This document shows positions 32,490-41,204 of a DNA stretch of 60,199 bases, in pieces (within the stretch, counting starts at the first letter, position 1; the number at the start of each line of letters is the position of its first letter). The translations under genes and the position numbers were made by a program. Source of the DNA: Actinomycetota bacterium (GTDB lineage Bacteria; Actinomycetota; UBA4738; HRBIN12); contig JBJMLQ010000003.1 of the NCBI GenBank assembly GCA_045805225.1, positions 1 to 60,199 of the forward strand. Reading direction: 5' to 3'. The notes beneath the pieces are model-generated. The model worked only from the letters and a program-made list of their open reading frames with translations. It was not told the DNA's origin and searched no databases.

Positions 32490-33155
32490 ATGAGCCCCGA
32501 GCGACGCTGCCCGAACTGCGGCGCCCTGGTGAGCGACGACGCGGAATGGTGTGGCCAGTGCTTCACCAGCCTGCGGGAACCTCCGCCGCAGCCTCCCGAG
32601 ACCGTGCCGGCCGTGGTCGAGACGGCGCCGGTGGCGAACGGGGCGGCCGCGGCCGCGACGGCGCGGCCCGAGCGCGAGGAGCCGATCGGCGCCTTCTGGC
32701 CGTGTCCGGTCTGCGGGACGCGGAACCCGATCGTCCTGGAAGCCTGCGAGGTGTGCGGGACGCCGTTCGCGGCCGTGATGCGCGGCGAGACGCGCCGCGA
32801 GGTCGACCCCGACAAGGCGTTCCGGCGCTCGCTGCTGTATCCGGGCCTCGGGCACGCGATGCTCGGATACTCCTTGGACGGGTTCGCGCGCGGCGCGGTC
32901 TTCACGCTTGCGGTGCTCGTCGTGATCTTCATGCCGGTGTCCGTGCCGACGACGGCCTTGACGATCTTGTCGATCGTGCTGTCGCTCGCGGCGGCCGGCG
33001 GCGTCTACGCGTTGTCCGCCGTTGAGACGAAACGGCTGATCCAGCGGCGTGGTCTCCTCGTGGAGTCACGCTTCCTGTTGTGGGGCGCCGTCGGCTTGAT
33101 GATGGTGACGGTCGGCGCGATCGCGCTGTCCGTTGCGTCGGAGACCCGACGGTAG
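32490..33155 (+). CDS. Double zinc-ribbon membrane protein (hypothetical)
   Basis: Two CxxC...CxxC ribbons (CPNCGALVSDDAEWCGQC and CPVCGTRNPIVLEACEVCG) are separated by a Pro/Ala linker. Three or four TM helices follow. Confidence 0.55.
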   Translation: MSPERRCPNCGALVSDDAEWCGQCFTSLREPPPQPPETVPAVVETAPVANGAAAAATARPEREEPIGAFWPCPVCGTRNPIVLEACEVCGTPFAAVMRGETRREVDPDKAFRRSLLYPGLGHAMLGYSLDGFARGAVFTLAVLVVIFMPVSVPTTALTILSIVLSLAAAGGVYALSAVETKRLIQRRGLLVESRFLLWGAVGLMMVTVGAIALSVASETRR

Positions 33156-33164
33156 TATCCGCGC

Positions 33165-33605
33165 ATGGAGCACGCGGAGGGGACCATCGTGATCGACGCG
33201 CCCCTCGACGACGTGGTCGACGTGATCGAGGACTACGCCTCCTACCCCGAATGGGCGGAGGTTCGTCGCGTCGAGATCCGCGAGCGCGGCGAGGGCGGCC
33301 GGCCGACGGAGGTCGCGTTCGAGGTCGACGTGCCGGTGCTCGGCAAGGCGTCGTACACCCTGCGGTACCGGTACGCGCCGGGCGGCACCGCGATCTCATG
33401 GGACTCGATCGAGGCACACGGCGCGGTGCGCGAGATCCGCGGCGAGTACCTCCTCGACGAGCTCGAGCCGGACACGACGACGGTGACCTACCGGCTTGCG
33501 GTCGAGCTCGGACCGCTCGTCCCCGGGTTCCTGCGCACCGAGGGCGCCAAGCGGGTGATCGAGAACGCCCTCGAGCGCCTCAAGCGCCGGGTCGAGATGG
33601 GCTAG
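33165..33605 (+). CDS. SRPBCC-superfamily (cyclase/dehydrase-like) protein
   Basis: 146 aa. IDAPLDDVVDVIEDYASYPEWAE...YRLAVELGPLVPGFL is the typical Polyketide_cyc2/START-like pattern. Confidence 0.7.
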   Translation: MEHAEGTIVIDAPLDDVVDVIEDYASYPEWAEVRRVEIRERGEGGRPTEVAFEVDVPVLGKASYTLRYRYAPGGTAISWDSIEAHGAVREIRGEYLLDELEPDTTTVTYRLAVELGPLVPGFLRTEGAKRVIENALERLKRRVEMG

Positions 33606-33632
33606 CCCCGCCGCCGGGCTAAGCTCTGCCAC

Positions 33633-34832
33633 ATGCGGGTCATCCTGTTCACCGGCAAGGGGGGCGTCGGCAAGACCACCGTCGCCGCCGCCACCGCCGT
33701 GCGGTCCGCCCGGGCGGGCCAGCGAACCCTGATCATGAGCACCGACCCGGCGCACTCGCTCGCCGATGCGTTCGAAGTCGTGATCGGCGACACGCCGAGC
33801 GAGATCACGCCCAACCTGTGGGCGCAGCAGATCGACGCGCAGGAGCGCCTCGAGGACAACTGGCGCGAGATCCAGGACTACATGGTGCAGGTGATGAATT
33901 GGGCGGGCACCGAGACCATCCAGGCAGAGGAGCTCACGGTCATCCCCGGCATCGACGAGATCTTCGCGTTGATCGACGTGAAGACCCACGTGGAGTCCGA
34001 GCGGTACGACGTGGTCCTCGTCGACTGCGCACCGACGGCCGAGACGCTTCGGCTGCTGAGCCTCCCCGACATCATGAACTGGTACATCGAGCGGATCTTC
34101 CCGGTCCAGCGCCGCGTGGTGAAGGTGGTGCGTCCGCTGGTCTCGCGCACGACGAACCTGCCGATCGCCGGCGACAAGGTCTTCGAGGCCGTCGAGCGGC
34201 TCCATCGCAACCTCGACGCCGTCCGGCACATCCTTGCCGACGAGGAGATGTCGTCCGTGCGCCTGGTCGTGAACCCCGAGAAGATGGTCATCGCGGAGGC
34301 GCGGCGCACCTACACGTATCTGGGGCTGTTCGGCTACCGCGTCGACGCCGTCGTGGTGAACCGCATCCTGCCGACCGACGTGACCGACCCGTACTTCGGC
34401 AAGTGGAAGGACATCCAGGCCGAGCATCTCGCCACCGTGCACGAGTCGTTCGAGCCGGTCCCGATCCTCGAGGCGCGCCTGTTCGACCGGGAGATGGTCG
34501 GCGTCGGGCTGCTCGAAGAGATGGCGTCGGAGGTCTACGGCGAGCGCCACGCCACGTCGGTGCTGTATCGGGACGATCCGATCCAAGTGGAGAAGCGGGG
34601 GGCCGGCTACATCTTGCGGATGCGGCTGCCGTTCATCGCCGGCGGCGACCTCAACGTGCACCGCCGCGGCGAGGAGCTCGTCGTGCGCGTCGGCCCCTAT
34701 AAACGGAACCTGCTGCTGCCCCAGACCCTCAAGCGACTCTCCGTCCGCGGCGCCTCGCTCGTCGACGAGCACCTGGAGATCGCGTTCGAGCATCCGCCCG
34801 ACGGCGAACCGATAGAAGGAGCCGACCGATGA
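33633..34832 (+). CDS. ArsA/GET3-family P-loop ATPase
   Basis: Deviant Walker A GKGGVGKTT, the STDPAHSLADAF motif and a DCAPTAETLRLL switch region. 399 aa. Confidence 0.8.
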   Translation: MRVILFTGKGGVGKTTVAAATAVRSARAGQRTLIMSTDPAHSLADAFEVVIGDTPSEITPNLWAQQIDAQERLEDNWREIQDYMVQVMNWAGTETIQAEELTVIPGIDEIFALIDVKTHVESERYDVVLVDCAPTAETLRLLSLPDIMNWYIERIFPVQRRVVKVVRPLVSRTTNLPIAGDKVFEAVERLHRNLDAVRHILADEEMSSVRLVVNPEKMVIAEARRTYTYLGLFGYRVDAVVVNRILPTDVTDPYFGKWKDIQAEHLATVHESFEPVPILEARLFDREMVGVGLLEEMASEVYGERHATSVLYRDDPIQVEKRGAGYILRMRLPFIAGGDLNVHRRGEELVVRVGPYKRNLLLPQTLKRLSVRGASLVDEHLEIAFEHPPDGEPIEGADR

Positions 34833-35080
34833 GCGCACAGGCCCAACCGCAGCCGACCGATGCGGAGCACAAGCCCGAGCGGTGCCCCGTTGCCTGGTGC
34901 CCGGTGTGCATGACGCTGTCGGTCCTGCGACCCGTCCGGCCCGAGGTCGTCGGACATCTGTTGCGCGCCGGCACCGAGATGTTCCTCGCGATGCAGGCCG
35001 CGATCGACGCGCGCGGTGCCGAACTGGATGACGGACCGCAGAGCGGTCCCGTCCGGCTGGAGAAGATCGACATCGGATGA
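34829..35080 (+). CDS. Small conserved Cys-motif protein (hypothetical)
   Basis: 83 aa containing CPVAWCPVC followed by a helical segment. It has ATGA overlaps with both the ArsA-like gene and the ROK kinase gene. Confidence 0.5.
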   Translation: MSAQAQPQPTDAEHKPERCPVAWCPVCMTLSVLRPVRPEVVGHLLRAGTEMFLAMQAAIDARGAELDDGPQSGPVRLEKIDIG

Positions 35081-35970
35081 CGGCGCCGACGGCCGTCGGC
35101 ATCGACGTCGGCGCGACGAAGGCGGAAGCGGTCCGCGTGACCGTCGACGGGACGGTCCACGCGCGGGCGCGGGCGCAGACGCCGGCGACCGACGTTCCCG
35201 GCGTCCTGGAGGCGATGCGCTCGGTGGCGGCCCAGGTCCTCGATCCGAGCACGACGGCGATCGGCGTCGGCGCCGCGGGTCTCGTGGAGCGCGCGACCGG
35301 CCGGATGCGGTTCGCGCCGAACATCGCGTGGCGCGATGTCGACCTCGCCGCGGAGCTCGCGGTGTTCGGCCTGCCGGCGTCGATCGACAACGACTGCACC
35401 ACCGCGACGGTGGGCGAGCTCCTGGCCGGTGCCGGGCGCGGCGTCGAGGACTTCGTCTACGTCGGCCTCGGCACGGGGATCGGCGGCGGACTCGTGCTCG
35501 GCGGCGCGGTGCAGCGCGGGGCGCACGGGTTCGCGGGCGAGGTCGGGCACATCATCGTCGAGCCCGGCGGGGTCGTGTGCGGGTGCGGCAACCGTGGGTG
35601 CTGGGAGACCGTTGCGAGCGGCACGACGATCACGCGGCTCGGGCGCGAACGCCTCGGCGTCGACGGACAGGGCGTCGTCGCCGCCGCGGCGCGTGGCGAC
35701 GGAGCCGCCCAAGCGATCCTGGACGAGGTGGGCCTGCGGCTCGGCCAGGGCATCGCCGGACTCGTGAACGTGCTCGACCCCGAGGTCGTCATCGTCGGCG
35801 GCGGGCCGGCGGCCGCGGGCGATCTGCTGTTGGGACCGGCGCGGCGGGCGTGCCGTGATGCGATCGAAGGGGCCGATGTGCGCCCCGAGGTACCGATCGT
35901 CCCGGCCGCACTGGGTGGCGACGCCGCCGCGATCGGGGCCGCGTTGTGGGCGATGCGTGAGGCGGCGTGA
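35077..35970 (+). CDS. ROK-family sugar kinase (glucokinase-like)
   Basis: GIDVGATK, DNDCTTATVGE, GLGTGIGGG and the ROK zinc motif GHIIVEPGGVVCGCGNRGCWE are present. Confidence 0.8.
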   Translation: MTAPTAVGIDVGATKAEAVRVTVDGTVHARARAQTPATDVPGVLEAMRSVAAQVLDPSTTAIGVGAAGLVERATGRMRFAPNIAWRDVDLAAELAVFGLPASIDNDCTTATVGELLAGAGRGVEDFVYVGLGTGIGGGLVLGGAVQRGAHGFAGEVGHIIVEPGGVVCGCGNRGCWETVASGTTITRLGRERLGVDGQGVVAAAARGDGAAQAILDEVGLRLGQGIAGLVNVLDPEVVIVGGGPAAAGDLLLGPARRACRDAIEGADVRPEVPIVPAALGGDAAAIGAALWAMREAA

Positions 35971-36848
35971 AGTACGGCCTGTTCCTGTCGGCGTTCACCT
36001 CCGAGCCGCGGAAGCCGCTCGCGGTCGCCGGGCGCGCGGCCGCGGCCGGGTACGACGCCGTGTTCGTGTACGACCATCTGTTCCCGCCCGGTGGACCGGA
36101 CCGGCCCTCGGTCGAGCCGTACACGTTGCTCGCCGCCGCCGCTGCGCAGAATCCCGGACTCGGCGTGGGCGTGCTCGTGTCGCGCGCCGGCTACCGCCCG
36201 CTCGGCATCTTGACGAAGGAGACGTCGAGCCTCGCGCACCTGTCCGGGGGCGACGCCGTCCTCGGGCTCGGGCTCGGCGACCGGTTCGGGCGTGCGGAGC
36301 ACGACGTCGCCGGACTGCCATTCCCGCCGATCGAGGAACGGACGGTGCTGCTGGAAGAGACCGCGCGCGCGACCCGAGCGCTGCTGGCCGGCGAGCCGTG
36401 GCCCGGCGGCCGGATGACGGCGGCCGTCCGCGGTCCGCTGTTGCCCGCCGCGCCCGCAGCCGTGTGGATCGGCGGGACCTCGGAGCGCGTCGCGCGCGTG
36501 GCCGCCACCGCGGCCGACGCGTGGAACGGGTGGGGGATGCCCACCGACGCGTTCCTGCAGCGCGCCGGCCAGCTCGGCGAGTGGGCGCGCGAGGCCGGTC
36601 GCGACCCGGCGGATGTTCCGCCCACCTGGGCCGGGATCGTGCTGGTGGGCCGTGACGCCGCCGAGCTCGCGTCGCTCGAGCAACAGCGGGCCGATGCCGG
36701 CGGGTCGCTCGACATCTGGCGGGGGACCGTCGACGACCTCCGTCGGCTCCGCGATCGCGTGACCGCCGCCGGCGCCACGTGGATGGTGCCGCTCGCGGCG
36801 GGGCCGCCCGACCGTCTCGATCTCATCCTCGAGACGCTCCGCTCGTGA
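35967..36848 (+). CDS. LLM-class flavin/F420-dependent oxidoreductase
   Basis: GTG 35967 (GTGA overlap). The luciferase-like TIM-barrel pattern is AGYDAVFVYDHLF...LGLGLGDRF...WIGGTSERV. Confidence 0.7.
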   Translation: MKYGLFLSAFTSEPRKPLAVAGRAAAAGYDAVFVYDHLFPPGGPDRPSVEPYTLLAAAAAQNPGLGVGVLVSRAGYRPLGILTKETSSLAHLSGGDAVLGLGLGDRFGRAEHDVAGLPFPPIEERTVLLEETARATRALLAGEPWPGGRMTAAVRGPLLPAAPAAVWIGGTSERVARVAATAADAWNGWGMPTDAFLQRAGQLGEWAREAGRDPADVPPTWAGIVLVGRDAAELASLEQQRADAGGSLDIWRGTVDDLRRLRDRVTAAGATWMVPLAAGPPDRLDLILETLRS

Positions 36849-37429
36849 GCTCCGGAGATCTGAAACGCGCGAAGCGCGACGTGCGCCGGCGGGTCCTCGC
36901 CCTGCGCGACGCCATGGACGCGGACGATCGTGCGCGCGCGGCGGCCGATGTGACGAGGCGGGTGCTCGGGCTCCCGGAGGTCGAGGCGGCGTCGACCGTG
37001 CTCGCCTTCTCGTCGTTCGGGTCGGAGCTCCCGATGCTGCCGCTGATCGAAGCGCTCGTGGCCCGGGGGATGCGCGTGGGCCTCCCGGTGATCACCGGCG
37101 ACGAGATCGTCGCCCGGGCGTGGCGCCCCGGAGAGCCCACGACGACGACTTCGTTCGGCGCCGAGGAGCCGGCCGGCGGCGCGCCGATCGACCCGGTGTC
37201 GATCGATGTGATCGTGACGCCCGCGGTGGCGGTCGACCGCGCCGGCCGGCGTGTCGGCTACGGCGGCGGGTTCTACGACCGGTTCCTGCCGCGCACGCGC
37301 GCGGGCGCGGCGAGGGTCGCGGTCGTGCTGGCGGTCCAGCTCGTCGACGACGACCTTCCCGCCGGTTCGTTCGACCTGCCGGTCGATGTCATCGTGACGC
37401 CCGACGAGGTCATCCGGTGCGAGCGCTAG
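36845..37429 (+). CDS. 5-formyltetrahydrofolate cyclo-ligase
   Basis: GTG 36845 (GTGA overlap). KRDVRRRVLALR...LAFSSFGSELP...DRAGRRVGYGGGFYDRFL is the family signature. Confidence 0.75.
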   Translation: MSSGDLKRAKRDVRRRVLALRDAMDADDRARAAADVTRRVLGLPEVEAASTVLAFSSFGSELPMLPLIEALVARGMRVGLPVITGDEIVARAWRPGEPTTTTSFGAEEPAGGAPIDPVSIDVIVTPAVAVDRAGRRVGYGGGFYDRFLPRTRAGAARVAVVLAVQLVDDDLPAGSFDLPVDVIVTPDEVIRCER

Positions 37430-37488
37430 GCGGTCGCCGACCGGCCGCGCCGCATCCGCGGCGCGGCCTCCCCTGGCAGCGCGCATCG

Positions 37489-38061
37489 ATGGTCGCCCTC
37501 GACTTCGAGACCACGGGTCTGGATCTCGACCGCGACCACGTGATCGCCTACGGCGCCGTGCCGATCGATGACGGTCGCGTGCGCGTCGGCGCCGCGCGCA
37601 GCCAGCTGATCCGCCCGCCGAGACCGCCTTCGGTCCGGTCGCAGACGATCCACCTGCTTCGAGAGGTCGATCTTGCGGAGGCGCCCGAGACGCGGCAGGC
37701 CGCATCGGGGCTCCGCGCCACGCTCGCGAACCGGTTCCTCGTCGCCTGGTACGCCGATGTCGAGATCGCGTTCCTTCGGCGGCTCTTCGGCGGGTCGGAG
37801 CGCGCGTGGCGGCGCCGGGTGATCGACGTGCGCGACATGGCCATCGTGATCGACGGCGCCCCGGCCGGCGCCCGGCGCGCGCGCGGCTACGCGCTCACAC
37901 ACACCGCCGAGCGCTTCGGTGTGCCGGTCAGCGACCCGCACGACGCGCTCGACGACGCGCTCGTCACGGCGCAGCTCTTCCTCGTGCTGGCGGCCCATAT
38001 GCCCCAGGGGAGGAACCCGACGCCGCGAGAGCTCGTGTCGCTGTATCGATCGCTGACTTGA
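37489..38061 (+). CDS. DEDDh 3'-5' exonuclease (DNA Pol III epsilon-like), stand-alone
   Basis: ALDFETTGLD (ExoI), WYADVEIAFL (ExoII-like) and PHDALDDALVTAQLF (ExoIII with His). The start is uncertain because the ORF is open from 37120. Confidence 0.7.
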   Translation: MVALDFETTGLDLDRDHVIAYGAVPIDDGRVRVGAARSQLIRPPRPPSVRSQTIHLLREVDLAEAPETRQAASGLRATLANRFLVAWYADVEIAFLRRLFGGSERAWRRRVIDVRDMAIVIDGAPAGARRARGYALTHTAERFGVPVSDPHDALDDALVTAQLFLVLAAHMPQGRNPTPRELVSLYRSLT

Positions 38062-38094
38062 ACCCGCGTTCAGCCGTGCGGTACAACGACGGCC

Positions 38095-39180
38095 ATGGCT
38101 CGGGAGACGGCGTTCCATCCGGTCACGTCTCGCACCGCAGCCGGCTTCGGCGACGAGGCGGGTTGGCTGTGGGTCACCAACTTCGGCGACGTCGACACCG
38201 AGTACCGGGCGATCCGCGAGGGCGTCGGCATGTGGGACCTGTCGCCCCTCAACAAGTGGGAGTTCCGCGGCTCGGAGGCGAGGGAGGCGGCGCAGCGCGT
38301 CCACACGCACGACGTGATGGGGGCCGAGCCGGGACAGGTTCGCTACGGCGGCTTCGTCGACGAGGACGGGATGCTGGTCGACGACGGCACGGTCTTCACG
38401 TTCGCCGACGATCACCTGTGGGTGTGCACGAACGGCGACGATCGGGCCGGGTACTTCGCCGACGCGACGAAGGGGCTCGAGGTCTCGATCGAGTACATCG
38501 CGCCCGAGCTCCCCAGCATGCAGGTCCAGGGACCGCGGAGCCGGGAGTTGCTGCAAGCGCTCACGGACGTCGACCTCGGCACGCTGCGGTACTTCCGGTT
38601 CTTGCCCGAGCAGGTGCACGTCGGGGGCGTGCCGGTGTGGCTCTCGCGCACTGGGTTCAGCGGCGAGCTGGGCTATGAGCTGTTCCTCCGGCCCGAGCAC
38701 GCCCTCGATCTGTGGGCCGCGATCGAGGGCGCCGGCGCGACGCCGTACGGGATGGATGTCATCGAGCCGATCCGGGTCGAGGTGGGGATGATCGTGACCG
38801 ACTACGACTATGAGCCGCACGCGCGCTCGCCGTTCGACGTCGGGCTCGACCGGTTCGTCAAGCTCCACGAGCTCACGATGGGGACCGAGGCGCTCCGGAC
38901 GGTCGCCGAGGATCCGCCGAACCGCTTCGTCACCGTGCGGCTGGACGAGGAGGGCGCCGACTACGGCACGGCGCTGCAGACGCAGGATGGCGGCGACGCC
39001 GGCGTCCTCACATCGCCGGCGATGAGCCCTCGGTTCGGACCGATCGGGTTGGCGATCGTGCCGGCGGCGATCGCCGCGCCCGGGACGGCGGTCCAGGCGG
39101 TTACCCCCGACGGCGCGATCCCCGGTAGCGTCGACGTGCTATCCATCTACGATCCCCACAAGGAGCGTCCGCGCGGCTGA
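38095..39180 (+). CDS. Aminomethyltransferase (GcvT)-family folate-binding protein, paralog 1
   Basis: 361 aa. EYRAIREGVGMWDLSPLNKWEFRG...RYGGFVDEDGMLVDDGTV...LSRTGFSGELGYELF is the T-protein fold signature. Confidence 0.75.
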   Translation: MARETAFHPVTSRTAAGFGDEAGWLWVTNFGDVDTEYRAIREGVGMWDLSPLNKWEFRGSEAREAAQRVHTHDVMGAEPGQVRYGGFVDEDGMLVDDGTVFTFADDHLWVCTNGDDRAGYFADATKGLEVSIEYIAPELPSMQVQGPRSRELLQALTDVDLGTLRYFRFLPEQVHVGGVPVWLSRTGFSGELGYELFLRPEHALDLWAAIEGAGATPYGMDVIEPIRVEVGMIVTDYDYEPHARSPFDVGLDRFVKLHELTMGTEALRTVAEDPPNRFVTVRLDEEGADYGTALQTQDGGDAGVLTSPAMSPRFGPIGLAIVPAAIAAPGTAVQAVTPDGAIPGSVDVLSIYDPHKERPRG

Positions 39181-39204
39181 CGCGCGGCGGGAAGGAGCCA
39201 CCGT

Positions 39205-40284
39205 ATGACCGAGGACGTTCGCTCGCCGTTGCACGACTGGCATGTCGCCCACGGCGCCGAGATCATCTGGGAGGACGGCTTCCCCTGGGCGATGGACGAA
39301 GGGACGCCGGTCAACGAGGAATACGAGGCGATCCGGACCGCGACCGGCATCTGGGACCTGTTCTCGACCTGTAAGTACGAGGTGACCGGGCCCGACGCGA
39401 CGCGGCTGATCCAGCGCCGGTTCACGAACTCGCTGGCCGGGATGGCCGACGGCGCGGTGCGCTACGGCGCGTTCGTGAACGCCGACGGGAACATGGTCGA
39501 CGACGGGAACGTGTACAGGTTCAGCGGCGACCGCTACTGGGTGCTCATCAACTCCCCGGGGTTCGAGGACTGGTTCAAGGAGACCGCGAGCGACCTCGAC
39601 GCGACGATCACGCACAAGACGCTCGACCTCGCGATGATCGCCGTGCAGGGCCCGACGTCCCAGGACACGCTGCAGCCTCTCACCGAGCGCGATCTCGGCG
39701 AGCTCGGCTACTTCCGGTTCTGGCCGACGATGACGACGGTCGCGGGGGTGCCGGCGTACGTCTTGCGGACAGGGTTCAGCGGCGAGCACGGGTACGAGCT
39801 CGTGGTCGACCCCGACAACGCCCAGGTGGTGTGGGACGCGTTGCTGTCGGCGGGGGCGAAGCCCTTCGGGCTGAACGCGATCGATCTGGCTCGCACCGAG
39901 GTCGGGCTGATCATCATCGCGGTCGACTACCAGCCTGGCGAGACGTCCCCGTACGACGTGTCGATGGACCGGTTCATCAAGGTCGACACCGAGAACGTCG
40001 GTGCCGAGGCGCTGAAGGCCTACGGCGCGAACCCGCCGAAGCGCTTCAAGACCCTGCGGTTCGAGGGGTCGGTCCCGGAGGCGGGGGCCGCCGTCACCAA
40101 GGACGGCGCCGAAGTCGGTGTGGTGACGTCGCCGGCGGACAGTCCGCGGGTCGGGCCGATCGGCCTCGCGATCCTCGACGCCGCGGCGGCCGAGGACGGC
40201 ACCAAGGTCGAGGTAGCCGGCACGGTCGCGACGGTGGCGGCGCTGTCGATCCTGGATCCCGACAAGACGAAGCCTCGCGCCTGA
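39205..40284 (+). CDS. Aminomethyltransferase (GcvT)-family folate-binding protein, paralog 2
   Basis: 359 aa. EYEAIRTATGIWDLFSTCKYEVTG...RYGAFVNADGNMVDDGNV...VLRTGFSGEHGYELV is colinear with the preceding gene. Confidence 0.75.
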   Translation: MTEDVRSPLHDWHVAHGAEIIWEDGFPWAMDEGTPVNEEYEAIRTATGIWDLFSTCKYEVTGPDATRLIQRRFTNSLAGMADGAVRYGAFVNADGNMVDDGNVYRFSGDRYWVLINSPGFEDWFKETASDLDATITHKTLDLAMIAVQGPTSQDTLQPLTERDLGELGYFRFWPTMTTVAGVPAYVLRTGFSGEHGYELVVDPDNAQVVWDALLSAGAKPFGLNAIDLARTEVGLIIIAVDYQPGETSPYDVSMDRFIKVDTENVGAEALKAYGANPPKRFKTLRFEGSVPEAGAAVTKDGAEVGVVTSPADSPRVGPIGLAILDAAAAEDGTKVEVAGTVATVAALSILDPDKTKPRA

Positions 40285-40304
40285 CCGACGGCTATCCTCG
40301 GCCC

Positions 40305-41204
40305 GTGGGGGAGCCGATCTATGGCGTCGTGCCCAACTTCTCGGAAGGGCGCCGCGTCGATGTCATGGACGCGATCTGCGACGCGCTGCAGGTGCCGGGC
40401 GCGCACCTCGTGTATCGGCAGGCCGACGCCGACCACAACCGGCTCGACACGACGGTGCTCGGGAGCCGCGACGGTGTCCATCGTGCCGCGGTGAGCGCGG
40501 CGCGCGTCGCGGCCGGCTTGATCGACATGGATCACCATCGAGGGGGCCATCCCCGGATGGGCGCGACCGACGTGATCCCGTTCATGCCGGTTCGCGACGT
40601 CGAGATGGACGACTGCGTCGCCCTCGCGCGCGCGGTCGGCGCGGAGCTCGCCGAGGCGTTGGATCTCCCCGTCTACCTATACGACCAGGCGGCGCTCGTG
40701 CCGGAGCGACGCTCGCTCGCCGTGGTGCGCAAAGGTGAGTACGAGGGGCTGCGAGCCGCCGTCGCCGCGGGCGAGCGGCTGCCCGACCTCGGACCGCACG
40801 CGATCGGCCCCGCGGGCGCCACGGCGGTCGGGGCGCGGGTGCCGCTCGTGGCGTTCAACGTCTACCTCACCGCCGACGAGGACGCCGCGAAGGACATCGC
40901 CCGCACGATCCGCGAATCGACCGGCGGCATGCCGGCGCTCCGCGCGATCGGCTTCGCCGTGCCCGAACGAGGCTGTTCGACGGTCTCGATGAACCTGGTC
41001 GACTACACGATCACGGGCGTTCGGGCGGCGTACGATGCGGTCATCGCGCAGGCAACGGCCCGGGGCGCGGAAGTGCTCGACACCGAGATCGTCGGCCTCG
41101 TCCCCGACGCCGCTCTGTCGTCGCAGGACGCGGCGCACGTGCGGCTCCGCGGGTTCGACCCGAACACGCAGGTGCTCGAGCGATCGATCGAGGAGGCGTC
41201 GTGA
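40305..41204 (+). CDS. Glutamate formimidoyltransferase (FTCD N-domain type)
   Basis: GTG 40305. VPNFSEGRR...HNRLDTT...HPRMGATDVIPF...ALRAIGF is the typical pattern. The upstream part of the 457-aa ORF overlaps the previous gene out of frame. Confidence 0.8.
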   Translation: MGEPIYGVVPNFSEGRRVDVMDAICDALQVPGAHLVYRQADADHNRLDTTVLGSRDGVHRAAVSAARVAAGLIDMDHHRGGHPRMGATDVIPFMPVRDVEMDDCVALARAVGAELAEALDLPVYLYDQAALVPERRSLAVVRKGEYEGLRAAVAAGERLPDLGPHAIGPAGATAVGARVPLVAFNVYLTADEDAAKDIARTIRESTGGMPALRAIGFAVPERGCSTVSMNLVDYTITGVRAAYDAVIAQATARGAEVLDTEIVGLVPDAALSSQDAAHVRLRGFDPNTQVLERSIEEAS

